From the NCBI GenBank assembly GCA_045805065.1, contig JBJMMA010000082.1, positions 1-17,618 on the forward strand: 17,618 nucleotides of DNA, read 5' to 3'. This DNA is from Bdellovibrionia bacterium. GTDB taxonomy: Bacteria; Bdellovibrionota; UBA1018. A program made the translations under genes and the position numbers. This document shows positions 8,413 to 15,779 of the stretch, piece by piece. Position 1 is the first letter of the stretch. Every line of letters starts with the position of its first letter. Under the pieces are notes generated by a model. The model was not told the origin of the DNA. It made no database searches and saw only the letters and a program-made list of their open reading frames with translations.

Positions 8413-10026
8413 ATGCTTCCCAGAGCCTCTTTCTTGAGTCATACCGTCTTGTTTGTGTCCTCGATTGCACTTTTAGGGGCCCTGGCGGGCTGCTCGAAGG
8501 GGTGTTCGAGCGATCGCTCGCTCTTGAAACAGCAAACCGTTCTTAAAGTTCAGCTCAATGCCGAACCTATTTCCTTGGATCCTGCCGAAGTCGAGGATGG
8601 GAATGGACTTAAGCTGATTGCAGAACTTCGTGAAGGGCTCGTGGGATACGATTCCCAAGGTCATTTGAAAAACCTTCTCGCTCAATCCTACACGGTTTCT
8701 CCCGATGGTCGACGTCTTGAGTTTACCCTGAAGCCCGATCTCAAGTGGTCCGATGGCCAGACTGTGATGGTCGAGGATTTTGTGTTCGGGATCCGTCGTG
8801 CTCTTGAGCCCTCTAAAGGTGGAAAAGTCAGCATGGAGCTTTTGCCCATCCGTGGGGCAAAGGATTACCGCACAGGCAAAATCAAACCGGTTCGTGATCC
8901 CAAGGACCGCACGATTGGCGTTTATGCAAATGAAGGAAAACTCATTTTCGAACTGGAGCAAGCTGCGCCTTATTTCATTCATGCGCTCACGCTTCCAGCA
9001 GCACTTCCAGTCCGTCAGGACATTCTCATGGAAGCGAATGGCAAGTGGACTGAAGACAAAGCGCCAGGCACTGGCCCTTATCGCTTTGCTGCCTACCAGC
9101 CTGGCAAAAGATTTCTGATTGAAGCCAATCCTTACTACTGGGGGGCGCAACCCGAGGTCCGCCTGATTGATTTTCTTTTCATCACGGATGAGGCCGCTGC
9201 TCTCAATCTCTTTGAGACGGGACAACTCGATATTCTCACGCGCCTCCCGCCAGCGGACATTCCACGCCTGAGAAAGCTTCCGACATTCAAAAGCGATCCT
9301 TTCTACGCAACGTACTTTATCGCGTTCAATACGCGTAAGGCGCCGTTCACTGACCGGGATTTCAGACGTGCGGTTTCGGGCGCGGTTCAGCGCGAAGAGA
9401 TCGTAAAAACCATGGATACGGGCGAAAAGCCTGCCTTAAGCTGGCTTCCTCCAGGGATCGAAGGATTCCTCGAATATCAAAATCCAAAGTCCATTTTTGG
9501 AAACTCGATCGCAAAAGTGAAGGGCGAGCTTTCTCATCACCCCGTGGCGCCCGTGCCCGCAGCGTTTGATACAAGCGCTCGCAATTCCATGATCATGGAA
9601 AAGATCCAGCATGACTTGATTGAGACTCTGGGGCTTAAGACTTCACTCTCCAATATGGAGTGGAAGGCTTACGTCAAATCGCTCCAAACCGACGCGCCGG
9701 CAATCTACCGCTTTGGCTGGTTGACGCCGTTTGCGGACCCGATCAACTCATTGCAGGCTTTCACAACGGGCAATCCAAACAACTACGCGGGCTGGAGCAA
9801 CTCTGAGTACGACAGGCTGGTTCAGGAGATCGCAGGCATGGTGCCAGGTTCGGCTCGCACAGAGAAGATCCGCAAAGCTCAGAAGATCTTAGTGGAAGAC
9901 GATGCGGCCGTTGTGCCCATTTTCCATTACGTGCAAAACCATCTCGTTTCTCAGCGGGTGAATGGCTTTAAGGTCAACCCATTTGGGATCGTCTCTTTTA
10001 ATGAGATGTCCCTAAATATTAAATGA
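8413..10026 (+). CDS. oppA: Peptide ABC transporter substrate-binding lipoprotein (OppA/MppA-like, SBP family 5)
   Basis: Lipobox LAGC (Cys at 8491); EPISLDPA, EGLV, FTLKPDLKWSDG, GTGPY, NPYYWG, PFTDRDFRRA, GWLTPFADP and AVVPIFHY motifs typical of family 5 SBPs. Confidence 0.88.
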   Translation: MLPRASFLSHTVLFVSSIALLGALAGCSKGCSSDRSLLKQQTVLKVQLNAEPISLDPAEVEDGNGLKLIAELREGLVGYDSQGHLKNLLAQSYTVSPDGRRLEFTLKPDLKWSDGQTVMVEDFVFGIRRALEPSKGGKVSMELLPIRGAKDYRTGKIKPVRDPKDRTIGVYANEGKLIFELEQAAPYFIHALTLPAALPVRQDILMEANGKWTEDKAPGTGPYRFAAYQPGKRFLIEANPYYWGAQPEVRLIDFLFITDEAAALNLFETGQLDILTRLPPADIPRLRKLPTFKSDPFYATYFIAFNTRKAPFTDRDFRRAVSGAVQREEIVKTMDTGEKPALSWLPPGIEGFLEYQNPKSIFGNSIAKVKGELSHHPVAPVPAAFDTSARNSMIMEKIQHDLIETLGLKTSLSNMEWKAYVKSLQTDAPAIYRFGWLTPFADPINSLQAFTTGNPNNYAGWSNSEYDRLVQEIAGMVPGSARTEKIRKAQKILVEDDAAVVPIFHYVQNHLVSQRVNGFKVNPFGIVSFNEMSLNIK

Positions 10027-10048
10027 ACATCAATGAAGGGGACAAGAA

Positions 10049-10711
10049 ATGAAACCGGTTCTCAGTTCGCTGCTTTCCAAAATCCCTGGCCTCATTCATG
10101 GATTTGGTACCAGTGAAGAGCCAATGATTTCATCCATTCTTCCAGCCTGGAATGCGTTGAAGCCCTCCTGGAAACAGGTGCACAAGGCAGACATCGCACG
10201 CGTGATTTATCCTCACCAGAACTGCGGAGAAGTCGATGCGCTCTGGACGACTGAGTTTGCGCTTCCGATCTCCGTTGTCACTGCCGATTGCGTTCCTGTT
10301 CTGCTTGCCAGAAAAGATGGAAAGGCCGTTGCGGCCGTTCATGCCGGATGGCGAGGTACACGTGCGCATATCCTTAGCGCCCTTTGGGACAAGTTGAAGG
10401 CCGAGGGAGAATTGCCATCGGAGTGGGTGGCAGCGATCGGACCTGCAATCGGTCCGTGCTGTTATGAAGTGAGCGAAGAGCTTGCTCAGGATTTTGAGCA
10501 GGAATTTGCATCTTACGGAAAAGGTGTTGCTGTTCCCAAGCATCGCATCTTAGATCTGCCAGCCATCAACGCCAAAGAGCTTGAGAAAATCGGTGTGAAG
10601 GAAGTCGATCTTCTTCGTCACTGCACGCGTTGCAACGAGGCTTTCCACAGTTACCGGAGAGAGGGCGGGGGAACTCGCCAGTACTCCAGCATCATGATTC
10701 AAAGTTTTTAA
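10049..10711 (+). CDS. pgeF: Peptidoglycan editing factor PgeF/YfiH (purine nucleoside phosphorylase, laccase-like domain)
   Basis: KQVH, TADCVPVLL, HAGWRG, IGPAIGPCCYEV and FHSYRR motifs. Confidence 0.95.
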   Translation: MKPVLSSLLSKIPGLIHGFGTSEEPMISSILPAWNALKPSWKQVHKADIARVIYPHQNCGEVDALWTTEFALPISVVTADCVPVLLARKDGKAVAAVHAGWRGTRAHILSALWDKLKAEGELPSEWVAAIGPAIGPCCYEVSEELAQDFEQEFASYGKGVAVPKHRILDLPAINAKELEKIGVKEVDLLRHCTRCNEAFHSYRREGGGTRQYSSIMIQSF

Positions 10712-10734
10712 TCCAGAGATTTACGAGAGAAGTT

Positions 10735-11316
10735 ATGAACCTGACCGAAGTTTTTGATTTTGCAAATCGCTATCACCAGGGCCAGACCAAGAAGGGGACG
10801 GAGTATCCGTACATCTATCATCCGATGAGCGTCGCGGCGACGGCTCTGAAGTACGGTGGATCTCCTGAACAAGTTGCCGCTGCCCTTCTTCACGATACGA
10901 TCGGCGATGGCAAGGTCTCGCAAGATGAGATCGCTCAAAAATTTGGCGCCGAGACCGCGCGCCTGGTCTTTGGCTTCTCCGATCCTGAAATGCCCGAAGG
11001 CGCAGACACCGGATGGCGCGCCATGAAGCAAGCGTACCTCAATAAGGTCCGCGAGATTGATGAAGCCACGCTCTTTGTAATGGCCTGCGAAGAACTCCAC
11101 GACGGAAGCGAGCTTTTGCACGATCTCAAGTATCAGGGCCCTGAAGTTTGGAAACGCTATCCCGTGCATGGGATGGAAGTGTTCTGGTACTACCGCGAGC
11201 TTCTGGCGATTTTCTCAAAACGCCTGACCGCTGATCGCTACCGTCCTCTGGTAGCTGAGTTTGGCGCCATGATGAAGGCGATGAAGGGAATCGTCTTTGA
11301 AGGTGCCGTTTACTGA
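10735..11316 (+). CDS. HD-domain protein, Mesh1/small alarmone hydrolase-like, with altered catalytic motifs
   Basis: HQGQTKK..PYIYHP, AAALLHD, KFG..TARLV and WYY motifs match SpoT/Mesh1-type HD domains. Start reassigned to ATG 10735 (GAGAG upstream, 23 nt after the pgeF stop). Confidence 0.85.
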   Translation: MNLTEVFDFANRYHQGQTKKGTEYPYIYHPMSVAATALKYGGSPEQVAAALLHDTIGDGKVSQDEIAQKFGAETARLVFGFSDPEMPEGADTGWRAMKQAYLNKVREIDEATLFVMACEELHDGSELLHDLKYQGPEVWKRYPVHGMEVFWYYRELLAIFSKRLTADRYRPLVAEFGAMMKAMKGIVFEGAVY

Positions 11317-11331
11317 TTCGGCTGCGACTCG

Positions 11332-12405
11332 TTACTTTAACGAGGATTTCAAGTGACCCGCCACGCAGGGCGCCCGCAACTGCTCACGTGCGCCGGAGAG
11401 CAATTCTCTCACGCTCTGAGAGTATTCTGAGGCGTTTCGAGCATCAAATGAGGCCTTAACCTTGTTCCAGTGCTCACGAGCTTGGGTGTAGTAATCGATT
11501 TTCCTTTGAAGCGATTGCTTGAGTGCATCAACCATCTGTTGCTGGGAGTCGCCCTGTTTCGCTCCGCTGATGAAGCTGAGCAGCTTGAAGTTTTTGCCGC
11601 GAATCATGTAGGCCGCGATGTCGTCCTGAGGGGAGCCACTTAAAACCGACGCTGGCATCATCCCAAGGGATACATTCGAGACGTCCCGGCTGACTTCGTC
11701 AAAAAGCTCAGTCAGAACCTTAATCGTAAACTCATTGATTTCGGATCCGACACGGATAATGTCTCCTGTCTTTCCAGGCTTGGTGAACGCTGTTTTTGCG
11801 TTCAGCCTGAGCTCGTAAGGAAACGTGAAGTTCTCCTCAAGAGACAATCCCTTTTTGAAGTAATTCAGTCGCGGGGAGCTCTCGAGAACGACGTTTCGGG
11901 TGATGTCACCATGAAACATATCACTGTCAGCAGATGTGATCTGCTTTTTGAATTTTGCATGTCGAACTTCGTGCATGAGGACATCATAGTCCTCGCGCAA
12001 GGCACTGGCGTCGAAGAGATAGATGCTCTTCTCGATCTTTTCGAACGCTGCCACGGATGAGGTGAGAGTTCCCGGTGAAATATAGAGCGAGACGCCCAGT
12101 TTCTTTTTCAGCTGGGACGCAAGGCGGTTTTCCTTGGAGGTCCCTTCAGGCTTGATCCAAATGGCAAAGTTTCCGCCTCGCACATTGACGAGCTCGCTTG
12201 AGATTCCCTGATCCAAAAGCTCCTGCTGTTGTCTCTCCAGTTTAAGCTTTTGCAGTTGAAGGGGAATTCTGCTGGGTTCGTCAGCATCGGCACTGAAATG
12301 CCCAAGTTGAAGCACTGTCACGGTGGCTACAAGCAAAAGCACAGAGAGTTGCGAGAGCGGGGAGCGCGACAGGAGTGAGGAGAGGGGCTTGAATCGATTC
12401 AGCAT
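11332..12405 (-). CDS. Secreted hypothetical protein with HExxH motif (possible zincin)
   Basis: Signal-like N-terminus ending FSADA; LMHEVRH at about 11959-11979; LEE about 40 aa later; starts 6-9 nt after the rluD stop (GTG 12408 or ATG 12405, GAGG upstream). Confidence 0.72.
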   Translation of the reverse strand: MLNRFKPLSSLLSRSPLSQLSVLLLVATVTVLQLGHFSADADEPSRIPLQLQKLKLERQQQELLDQGISSELVNVRGGNFAIWIKPEGTSKENRLASQLKKKLGVSLYISPGTLTSSVAAFEKIEKSIYLFDASALREDYDVLMHEVRHAKFKKQITSADSDMFHGDITRNVVLESSPRLNYFKKGLSLEENFTFPYELRLNAKTAFTKPGKTGDIIRVGSEINEFTIKVLTELFDEVSRDVSNVSLGMMPASVLSGSPQDDIAAYMIRGKNFKLLSFISGAKQGDSQQQMVDALKQSLQRKIDYYTQAREHWNKVKASFDARNASEYSQSVRELLSGAREQLRAPCVAGHLKSSLK

Positions 12406-12414
12406 CACTTCGCC

Positions 12415-13452
12415 TCAAGAGTACCTTTTTAAGGTTTCCATCAGATGCCGAAACTCAGCCGGAGGCTCAGCTTCAAAACGAAGCTTCTCCTTCGTCACCG
12501 GATGCACAAATCCCAGAACGCGCGCATGAAGGGCTTGTCCTGGCATCGCACGCACAGCTTCACGGACGTCTTCCGGAAGCGCAAGCCACTTGGGTTGACG
12601 CTCTGTCGGAGTGCCATAAACCGGGTCAGCTAAAATGGAATGACTGATTGAGTTCAGATGCACACGCACTTGGTGAGTGCGACCTGTTTCCAGGGTCACT
12701 TCAAGCCAGCTTGCAAAAGGGGCTTTTCCAACGCCCAAACGACCGTACTCTTCAACGCGGCGATAATAAGTGACGGCATGGCGCCCGTCGACCTTATGAA
12801 TCGCCATCTTTTTTCGATCGGTGAGACTTCGCGCGATATTACCCTCAATTTTGACGGGCTTTGCAGATGCGGCAGGCGAGCCATAAACCAGCGCCCAGTA
12901 AACGCGCTCGATATCGTGCTTGGCAAAGGTCTCAACCAGCCCCTGGTGCGCACGATCCGTCTTGGTGATCACCAGAGCGCCACTCGTATCCTTATCGATT
13001 CGATGAACGATTCCTGGTCGTAAAGCTCCTCCGATTCCACTCAGATCCTTGATGTGGTGGAGGAGAATGTTGACCAGCGTTCCCTCAGATTGCGTGTCGG
13101 AAGGATGCACGGTGAGGCGAGGAGGCTTGTTCACGATCAGAAGATGCTCGTCTTGGTAGAGAATCTCGATTGGTTTGTCCTCAGGCAAAACATCCAGGGA
13201 GCGTGGCTCTGGAAAAGCGATTTCCACACGCGATCCTGCGGCAAGCTTCACGTTTGATTTGGTGAGGGGTTTGCCATCGACGCTGACGGCGCCTTCTTCG
13301 ATGAGCTTTTGGAGGCGGCTTCGGGAGCAGAGGAGAGCTTCACCCTCCCATTCTCCCAGGCTCTTTTCCAATGCATTGAAAATCGCGCGATCCGCTCTTA
13401 AGCCCTGGCCTTCAACGTCGGCTGTGATCCATTTCCAACGCGAGTGGCTCAT
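12415..13452 (-). CDS. rluD: 23S rRNA pseudouridine synthase, RluA/RluD family with S4 domain
   Basis: S4-like SRSRLQKLIEEGAVSVDG; ILYQDEHLLIVNKP; catalytic GIVHRIDKDTSG; TGRTHQVRVH; QALHARVLGFVHP. Confidence 0.93.
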   Translation of the reverse strand: MSHSRWKWITADVEGQGLRADRAIFNALEKSLGEWEGEALLCSRSRLQKLIEEGAVSVDGKPLTKSNVKLAAGSRVEIAFPEPRSLDVLPEDKPIEILYQDEHLLIVNKPPRLTVHPSDTQSEGTLVNILLHHIKDLSGIGGALRPGIVHRIDKDTSGALVITKTDRAHQGLVETFAKHDIERVYWALVYGSPAASAKPVKIEGNIARSLTDRKKMAIHKVDGRHAVTYYRRVEEYGRLGVGKAPFASWLEVTLETGRTHQVRVHLNSISHSILADPVYGTPTERQPKWLALPEDVREAVRAMPGQALHARVLGFVHPVTKEKLRFEAEPPAEFRHLMETLKRYS

Positions 13453-13458
13453 GACTGC

Positions 13459-14295
13459 TTAGCGGAACTTTTCGGGGTTGCTTCGTTGCAGGCGTGCCAT
13501 ATAGCTCACTGAGACATTCTGTGCAGGAAGCTTCAGAAGGCGAGCCAGCTGACTCACAAACCCGCGGATAAAGACTGCAGCAGGAAGTTTGCCGTAGTTC
13601 TCTTCCTCAATTGCGAGGATGTAGGCTTTTGTGATCTTCGTGGCTTGTGTCACTTCCTCAATGGAGACGCCGCGGGCTTCGCGGACGTGGCGGATAAAAG
13701 CGCCGCTCCATTCGGTTTGCTCAGCGATTTCCTTTTCAAGATCAGCCAGCGCCTTGGACACCATGGCGCTTTTCTGGGTATGGGCTGCGCTCAAATTGGA
13801 AGCAGGATGCGCTGGAGCCGACTCATTGAGCTGAAATGCGGAAGGGGATTGCGGCGGCATGCCGGGAGGGCTTGCGATCGGCGGCCGAATGTCCGTGCGA
13901 GGTGGCTCAAGAGGATTCTCATGAGCACCGAAGGTGTCCATCGGTGCCGTGCGATCGATCGAAATGATCTTTGCGGTCTCAGGCGCAGGCGCGGGCGCAT
14001 TTTGCTGTGAGGCAGGAAGCGAGTTGCTTGAGATTTGTCCGTAAAAACGATCGTATTCACGACGGCGCTCAGGATTGGAGAGAACCTGGTAGGCTTCTTC
14101 AACCCGACGGAGCATGTCCTCGCGCTCGCTTCCATCGATCAGAGTGTAGAGCGCGACATTGTCTTTCTGAAAGGTAGCTTTGGCGCGCAGATAGGCTTCG
14201 CGAATATCGCTCGGCGAAGCATCGGGCTTCAAGTCCAGGATCAGATAATAATCCGTCAGATCATTCAATGTTTCTGGGGCAAATTCTGAGCTCAC
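13459..14295 (-). CDS. J-domain-like (no HPD) + Pro-rich linker + RodZ-type HTH (HTH_25/XRE) protein
   Basis: DYYLILDL..DASPSDIREAY....EEAYQVLSNPERRREYD is J-domain-like. C-terminal GAFIRHVREARGVSIEEVTQATKITKAYILAIEEENYGKLPAAVFIRGFV resembles the RodZ cytoplasmic HTH. GTG start overlaps the upstream TGA (GTGA). Confidence 0.85.
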   Translation of the reverse strand: MSSEFAPETLNDLTDYYLILDLKPDASPSDIREAYLRAKATFQKDNVALYTLIDGSEREDMLRRVEEAYQVLSNPERRREYDRFYGQISSNSLPASQQNAPAPAPETAKIISIDRTAPMDTFGAHENPLEPPRTDIRPPIASPPGMPPQSPSAFQLNESAPAHPASNLSAAHTQKSAMVSKALADLEKEIAEQTEWSGAFIRHVREARGVSIEEVTQATKITKAYILAIEEENYGKLPAAVFIRGFVSQLARLLKLPAQNVSVSYMARLQRSNPEKFR

Positions 14296-15317
14296 CTGAG
14301 TCCGCTCCGTTGGGTTGAGCAGTTTTTGATCATGTATTGAACAACGCGCTCGATGCTTGATACTAACCGCGAGTTAGGGAATTCCAGAAAGAGGGGACGC
14401 TTGCGGCGTACGGCCTGCCAAACAGCGCTGTCGTAGTCGAGATAACCAACATAATCCATGTCGATCCCGAAATACTTGCGGCAGACCGCTTTGACGGAGA
14501 ATCCGATATCGATATCCGCCTGCGTGCGAGCCTGATTCACGATCAGTTTTGGCCTGAACTTCTCGATTTCAATCTTGAGCTTCAGTCCAAGTTCCGCGCT
14601 CTGGGTGTTCACCTCGCGGAAAAGATCCGAAGGGGAGCGGATACCGCGCGTGTTCCGCGTATCCATCGCTTGCTCGATCAATGGACGGATGTCACGCAAG
14701 GAGGGCGCGTGCCAGAGGTGCCGATAATAGGAACTCTTGATGAAGCGATAGGCGTTCTCAATGGATGTCGGTTCAGGCAAGAGAATGATGACTCCGAGAT
14801 CCGCATAAAGGTAGAAGTCGAGAGTCGAGTAACTGGTTCCTGCGCCCAAATCAAAAACCACGTAGTCGCTGTCGATCTGAGGCACGGCTTCGAGCACGCG
14901 GCGCTTGGTTGCGGCATCAATCTGCGCGACTCCCATCGAGTCTTGTGCACCGCTGATGATACTGAGCTGCGAGATTCCACTCGGAACGGCGAGATCTTGA
15001 AGACTCGCCGTTCCGCCATTGAGGAAATCGCTGAGGGTGAGCTTAGGGAGCTCAACGCCAAGAGATGTGTGAAGATTGGATCCGCCCAAATCGAGGTCAA
15101 TTGCGGTGACTTTTTCGCCTGTGCGAGCCAGAGCAATGGCCAAGCTCGAAGCGATCAGACTTTTGCCGACGCCGCCCTTGCCGCCGCCCACGGCCCAGAC
15201 TTGTTTTACGCGTGAATGCTGAGGTGAGGGGAGCGCATCAAAAAGTCGAGTTTCGCTGATGGAGGCGTCTCCGACCTGATCACTGAGACTGCTTTTGAGC
15301 GGGTTCAGAGGGTTCAT
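14292..15317 (-). CDS. MinD/FlhG(FleN)-like ATPase
   Basis: Deviant Walker A GGGKGGVGKS; DLDLGGSNL; DLGAG; PEPTSIENAY; LIVNQAR; GYLDYDSAVWQAVR. Start placed at ATG 15317 (MNPLNP); the ORF is open to 15401. Confidence 0.9.
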   Translation of the reverse strand: MNPLNPLKSSLSDQVGDASISETRLFDALPSPQHSRVKQVWAVGGGKGGVGKSLIASSLAIALARTGEKVTAIDLDLGGSNLHTSLGVELPKLTLSDFLNGGTASLQDLAVPSGISQLSIISGAQDSMGVAQIDAATKRRVLEAVPQIDSDYVVFDLGAGTSYSTLDFYLYADLGVIILLPEPTSIENAYRFIKSSYYRHLWHAPSLRDIRPLIEQAMDTRNTRGIRSPSDLFREVNTQSAELGLKLKIEIEKFRPKLIVNQARTQADIDIGFSVKAVCRKYFGIDMDYVGYLDYDSAVWQAVRRKRPLFLEFPNSRLVSSIERVVQYMIKNCSTQRSGLR

Positions 15318-15380
15318 AAGAATCTTCCGTGATTGGCCAACGTTACGAACGGGGCTTTGAAAGCGTGTACTTTCAGGCAC

Positions 15381-15526
15381 GCGCAAATCCTTTGCGCACA
15401 CCCTTTATTTAGGATCGGGCCGCTCGTAGCTGGAGTCAATAAGATTCCAAAACCAGACAGTAATGGTCCTGAATTGTGCGTCAAATTTGAACTGATGGGG
15501 GTGCGGGTGCGTAAAGATTTTCGCAC
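15381..15526. promoter_or_regulatory. Three related GTGCG-(Y)-(M)AA operator-like motifs
   Basis: 15381-15399 (minus strand GTGCGCAAAGGATTTGCGC, palindromic core), 15476-15490 GTGCGTCAAATTTGA, 15507-15526 GTGCGTAAAGATTTTCGCAC (near-perfect palindrome). The last two start 31 bp apart. Confidence 0.45.
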
Positions 15527-15620
15527 TCAGGCTGTCTGATCGCGTAACCCTGTACTCGTTTCATGATGTCATGATGCGACCGGCTAAAAGTAATTTTGTA
15601 GATTCACTCATTCTCGCTTG

Positions 15621-15633
15621 TAACTCGTTGATA
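15621..15633 (-). promoter_or_regulatory. IHF-binding consensus
   Basis: Minus strand TATCAACGAGTTA matches WATCAANNNNTTR exactly, next to an AT-rich tract (15634-15670), between the GTGCG motifs and a sigma54 motif. Confidence 0.5.
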
Positions 15634-15690
15634 TGAATATGTAAAATTGCATAAAAAAACATTGCAAATTAGCATAAGCGGGAAGCTTCG

Positions 15691-15706
15691 TGGCATTGAC
15701 GTTGCT
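15691..15706 (+). promoter_or_regulatory. Sigma54 (-24/-12) promoter
   Basis: TGGCATTGACGTTGCT fits TGGCACG-N4-TTGCW with correct GG-N10-GC spacing, about 74 bp upstream of the lipid kinase ATG. Confidence 0.7.
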
Positions 15707-15779
15707 TAATTGGAGATATCCTAACAAGGTCCTAACTTGAGTAAAATGCTCCTGCGAAAACTCGGCTGAGACAAATACT

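Noticed and set aside
8473..9225. 250-aa minus-strand ORF (and similar long antisense ORFs at 5907-6437, 6434-7078, 7684-8244, 14670-15215, 16717-17241)
   Set aside because: Each lies opposite clearly conserved genes and has no motifs; expected antisense shadows.
10630..10734. N-terminal extension of the HD protein
   Set aside because: Overlaps the pgeF 3' end by 82 nt; ATG 10735 has an RBS-like sequence and matches the domain start.
14292..15317. Calling the ATPase flhG/fleN or minD outright
   Set aside because: No flagellar or min genes nearby, an atypical insert and no clear membrane-targeting helix; the symbol was left blank.
15561..15576. Tandem TCATGATG x2
   Set aside because: Only two 8-bp copies; cannot be distinguished from chance.
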